This document shows, one piece after another, positions 62,332-64,000 of a stretch of DNA of 64,000 nucleotides. How positions within the stretch are numbered: position 1 is the stretch's first letter; each line of letters starts with the position of its first letter. The stretch comes from an uncultured Collinsella sp. GTDB lineage: Bacteria; Actinomycetota; Coriobacteriia; Coriobacteriales; Coriobacteriaceae. Made by a program: the position numbers and the translations under genes. The DNA lies in assembly GCA_900551365.1 (NCBI GenBank), contig URVZ01000001.1:17393-81392 (forward strand). Reading direction: 5' to 3'. The notes under the pieces were generated by a model that did not search any database, had not been told where the DNA came from, and saw only the letters and a program-made list of their open reading frames with translations.

Positions 62332-64000
62332 CTAGCAGACGGCGTAGTCCTGGGGCTCGCGGCCGTAGTAGGCGTCCAGGTAGAGCTCCTTGATCTCGCT
62401 CATGAGCGGGTAGCGCGGGTTAGCGCCGGTGCACTGGTCGTTGAATGCCTGCTCGGTCATCTCGTCGAGGGTGTCGAGGAAGTACTGCTCGTCAACACCG
62501 TAGTCGGCGATGGTCTTCTTGACACCGATGAAGTCCTTGAGCTCCTCGAGCTTCGTGATGAAGTTCTCGAAGACCTCCTTGTCGTCCTTGCCCTCGATAC
62601 CGCAGTACTTGGCCATCTCGGCGTAGTTGTGCAGCGCGTTGGGGTAAGGATACTGGGAGAAGGTACCCATCTTGACGGGAGCCTCGGCGGCGTTGTAGCG
62701 CATGACGCGGGTCAGGATGACGGCGTTAGCGATGCCGTGGGGCAGGTGATGGAAAGCGCCGAGCTTGTGAGCCATGGAGTGGTTGAGGCCCAGGAAGGCG
62801 TTGGCGAAGGCCATACCGGCCATGCAGGAGGCGTTGTGCATCTCCTCGCGGGCGTGCGGGTCCTTGGCGCCGTTCGTGAAGCTGGAGGGCAGGTTCTCAA
62901 AGACGAGCTTGGCAGCGCGCTCGGAGAGGCCCTTGGTGTAGTCGGAAGCCATGATGGAGACGTAGGACTCGATGGCGTGGGTCATGACGTCGATGCCGGA
63001 GGCAGCGGTCAGGCCGCGCGGGGCGGTCATGCAGTTGTCGGCGTCGACGATAGCCATGTTGGGGAGCAGCGCGTAGTCGGCGAGCGGCCACTTGATGCCG
63101 GTCTCCTTGTCGGTGATGATGGCGAACGGCGTGCACTCGGAGCCGGTACCCGAGGAGGTCGGGACGGCGACGAAGTAGGCCTTCTTGCCCATCTCGGGGA
63201 AGGTGAAGATACGCTTGCGGATGTCCATGAAGTCCATGGCCATGTCCTCAAACTTGCACTCGGGGTGCTCGTACATCATCCACATGATCTTGCCGGCGTC
63301 CATAGCTGAGCCACCGCCGACGGCGATGATGACGTCCGGCTCAAAGAGAGCCATCTGCTTGGCGCCGCGACGTGCGCACTGCAGCGACGGATCGGGCTCG
63401 ACGTCGTAGAAGCAGTCGTGGGCGATGCCCATCTCGTCGAGCTTGGCCTCGATGGCGCGGGTGTTGCCATTCTTGAAGAGGAACTGGTCGGTAACGATGA
63501 AGGCGCGCTTCTTTCCCATGACGTTGCCCAGCTCGTCGAGGGCGACGGGCGTGGAACCCTTCTTGAAGTAGACCTTCTCGGGAGCGCGGAACCACAGCAT
63601 GTTCTCACGGCGCTCGGCCACAGTCTTAACGTTGATCAAGTGCTTCACCCCAACGTTCTCGGAGACGGAGTTGCCGCCCCAGGAGCCGCAGCCCAGGGTC
63701 AGAGACGGCTTCATGCCAAAGTTGTACAGGTCACCGATGCCGCCGTGCGAGGACGGGGTGTTGATGACGATACGGCAGGCCTTCATGACGTGCTCGAACA
63801 GGCTGATCTTCTCGGCCTGGGCGGGGTGCACGTACAGAGAGGCGGTGTGGCCCGGGCCACCGGCGAGCACGAGGTGCTCGGCCTTGTCGACGGCCTCCTG
63901 GAAGTCCTTGGCGTGGTACATGGCCAGGACCGGGGAGAGCTTCTCGTGGGAGAACTCCTCCTTGGCGGGGTCGGTGGAGGTGACCTCGGCGATCAGGATC
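62332..64000 (-). CDS. adhE: Bifunctional aldehyde/alcohol dehydrogenase (5' part outside window)
   Basis: 'PSLTLGCGSWGGNS', linker 'ERRENM', 'GGGSAMD', 'PTSSGTGSE' and 'HSMAHK' motifs. Confidence 0.96.
   Translation of the reverse strand, partial: ILIAEVTSTDPAKEEFSHEKLSPVLAMYHAKDFQEAVDKAEHLVLAGGPGHTASLYVHPAQAEKISLFEHVMKACRIVINTPSSHGGIGDLYNFGMKPSLTLGCGSWGGNSVSENVGVKHLINVKTVAERRENMLWFRAPEKVYFKKGSTPVALDELGNVMGKKRAFIVTDQFLFKNGNTRAIEAKLDEMGIAHDCFYDVEPDPSLQCARRGAKQMALFEPDVIIAVGGGSAMDAGKIMWMMYEHPECKFEDMAMDFMDIRKRIFTFPEMGKKAYFVAVPTSSGTGSECTPFAIITDKETGIKWPLADYALLPNMAIVDADNCMTAPRGLTAASGIDVMTHAIESYVSIMASDYTKGLSERAAKLVFENLPSSFTNGAKDPHAREEMHNASCMAGMAFANAFLGLNHSMAHKLGAFHHLPHGIANAVILTRVMRYNAAEAPVKMGTFSQYPYPNALHNYAEMAKYCGIEGKDDKEVFENFITKLEELKDFIGVKKTIADYGVDEQYFLDTLDEMTEQAFNDQCTGANPRYPLMSEIKELYLDAYYGREPQDYAVC

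Overview
GC-rich window, probably from a Coriobacteriia gut actinobacterium (Collinsella-like; inferred from gene content, not searched). Bases 1 to ~13.3 kb are the right end of a siphovirus-type prophage. It carries tape measure, Dit, a large Tal/host-specificity protein and a BppU-like protein, then a complete diversity-generating retroelement (DGR), XkdX-type small genes and a holin/amidase lysis cassette. The DGR consists of target gene 7581-8489 with VR 8351-8478, cis hairpins, avd, TR 9088-9215 and reverse transcriptase. VR and TR are identical over 128 bp except at 8 positions, and every one is an adenine in TR. A candidate attR lies at ~13.29-13.34 kb with a tRNA-3'-end-like core (GGGGCACCA). 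Bases ~13.4-64 kb are core chromosome: P-type ATPase, mreBCD-mrdA-rodA, radical SAM pair, rplU-rpmA-obgE-nadD-yqeK-rsfS, dinB, rpsP-khpA-rimM-trmD-lepB, glyQS-PDRP-ppdK, rplS-rnhB, yraN-comM-dprA-trmFO-xerC, rpsB-tsf-pyrH-frr-uppS-cdsA-dxr-rseP-ispG-proS, an APH-like kinase and partial adhE. The best leads beyond the DGR itself are: a G7 tract that could swap an ssrA-like tail onto the RT, an orphan ssrA-like C-terminal tail encoded across the putative att site, long-range pairing around TR, a winged-helix-like insert in RseP and a non-canonical start for xerC.
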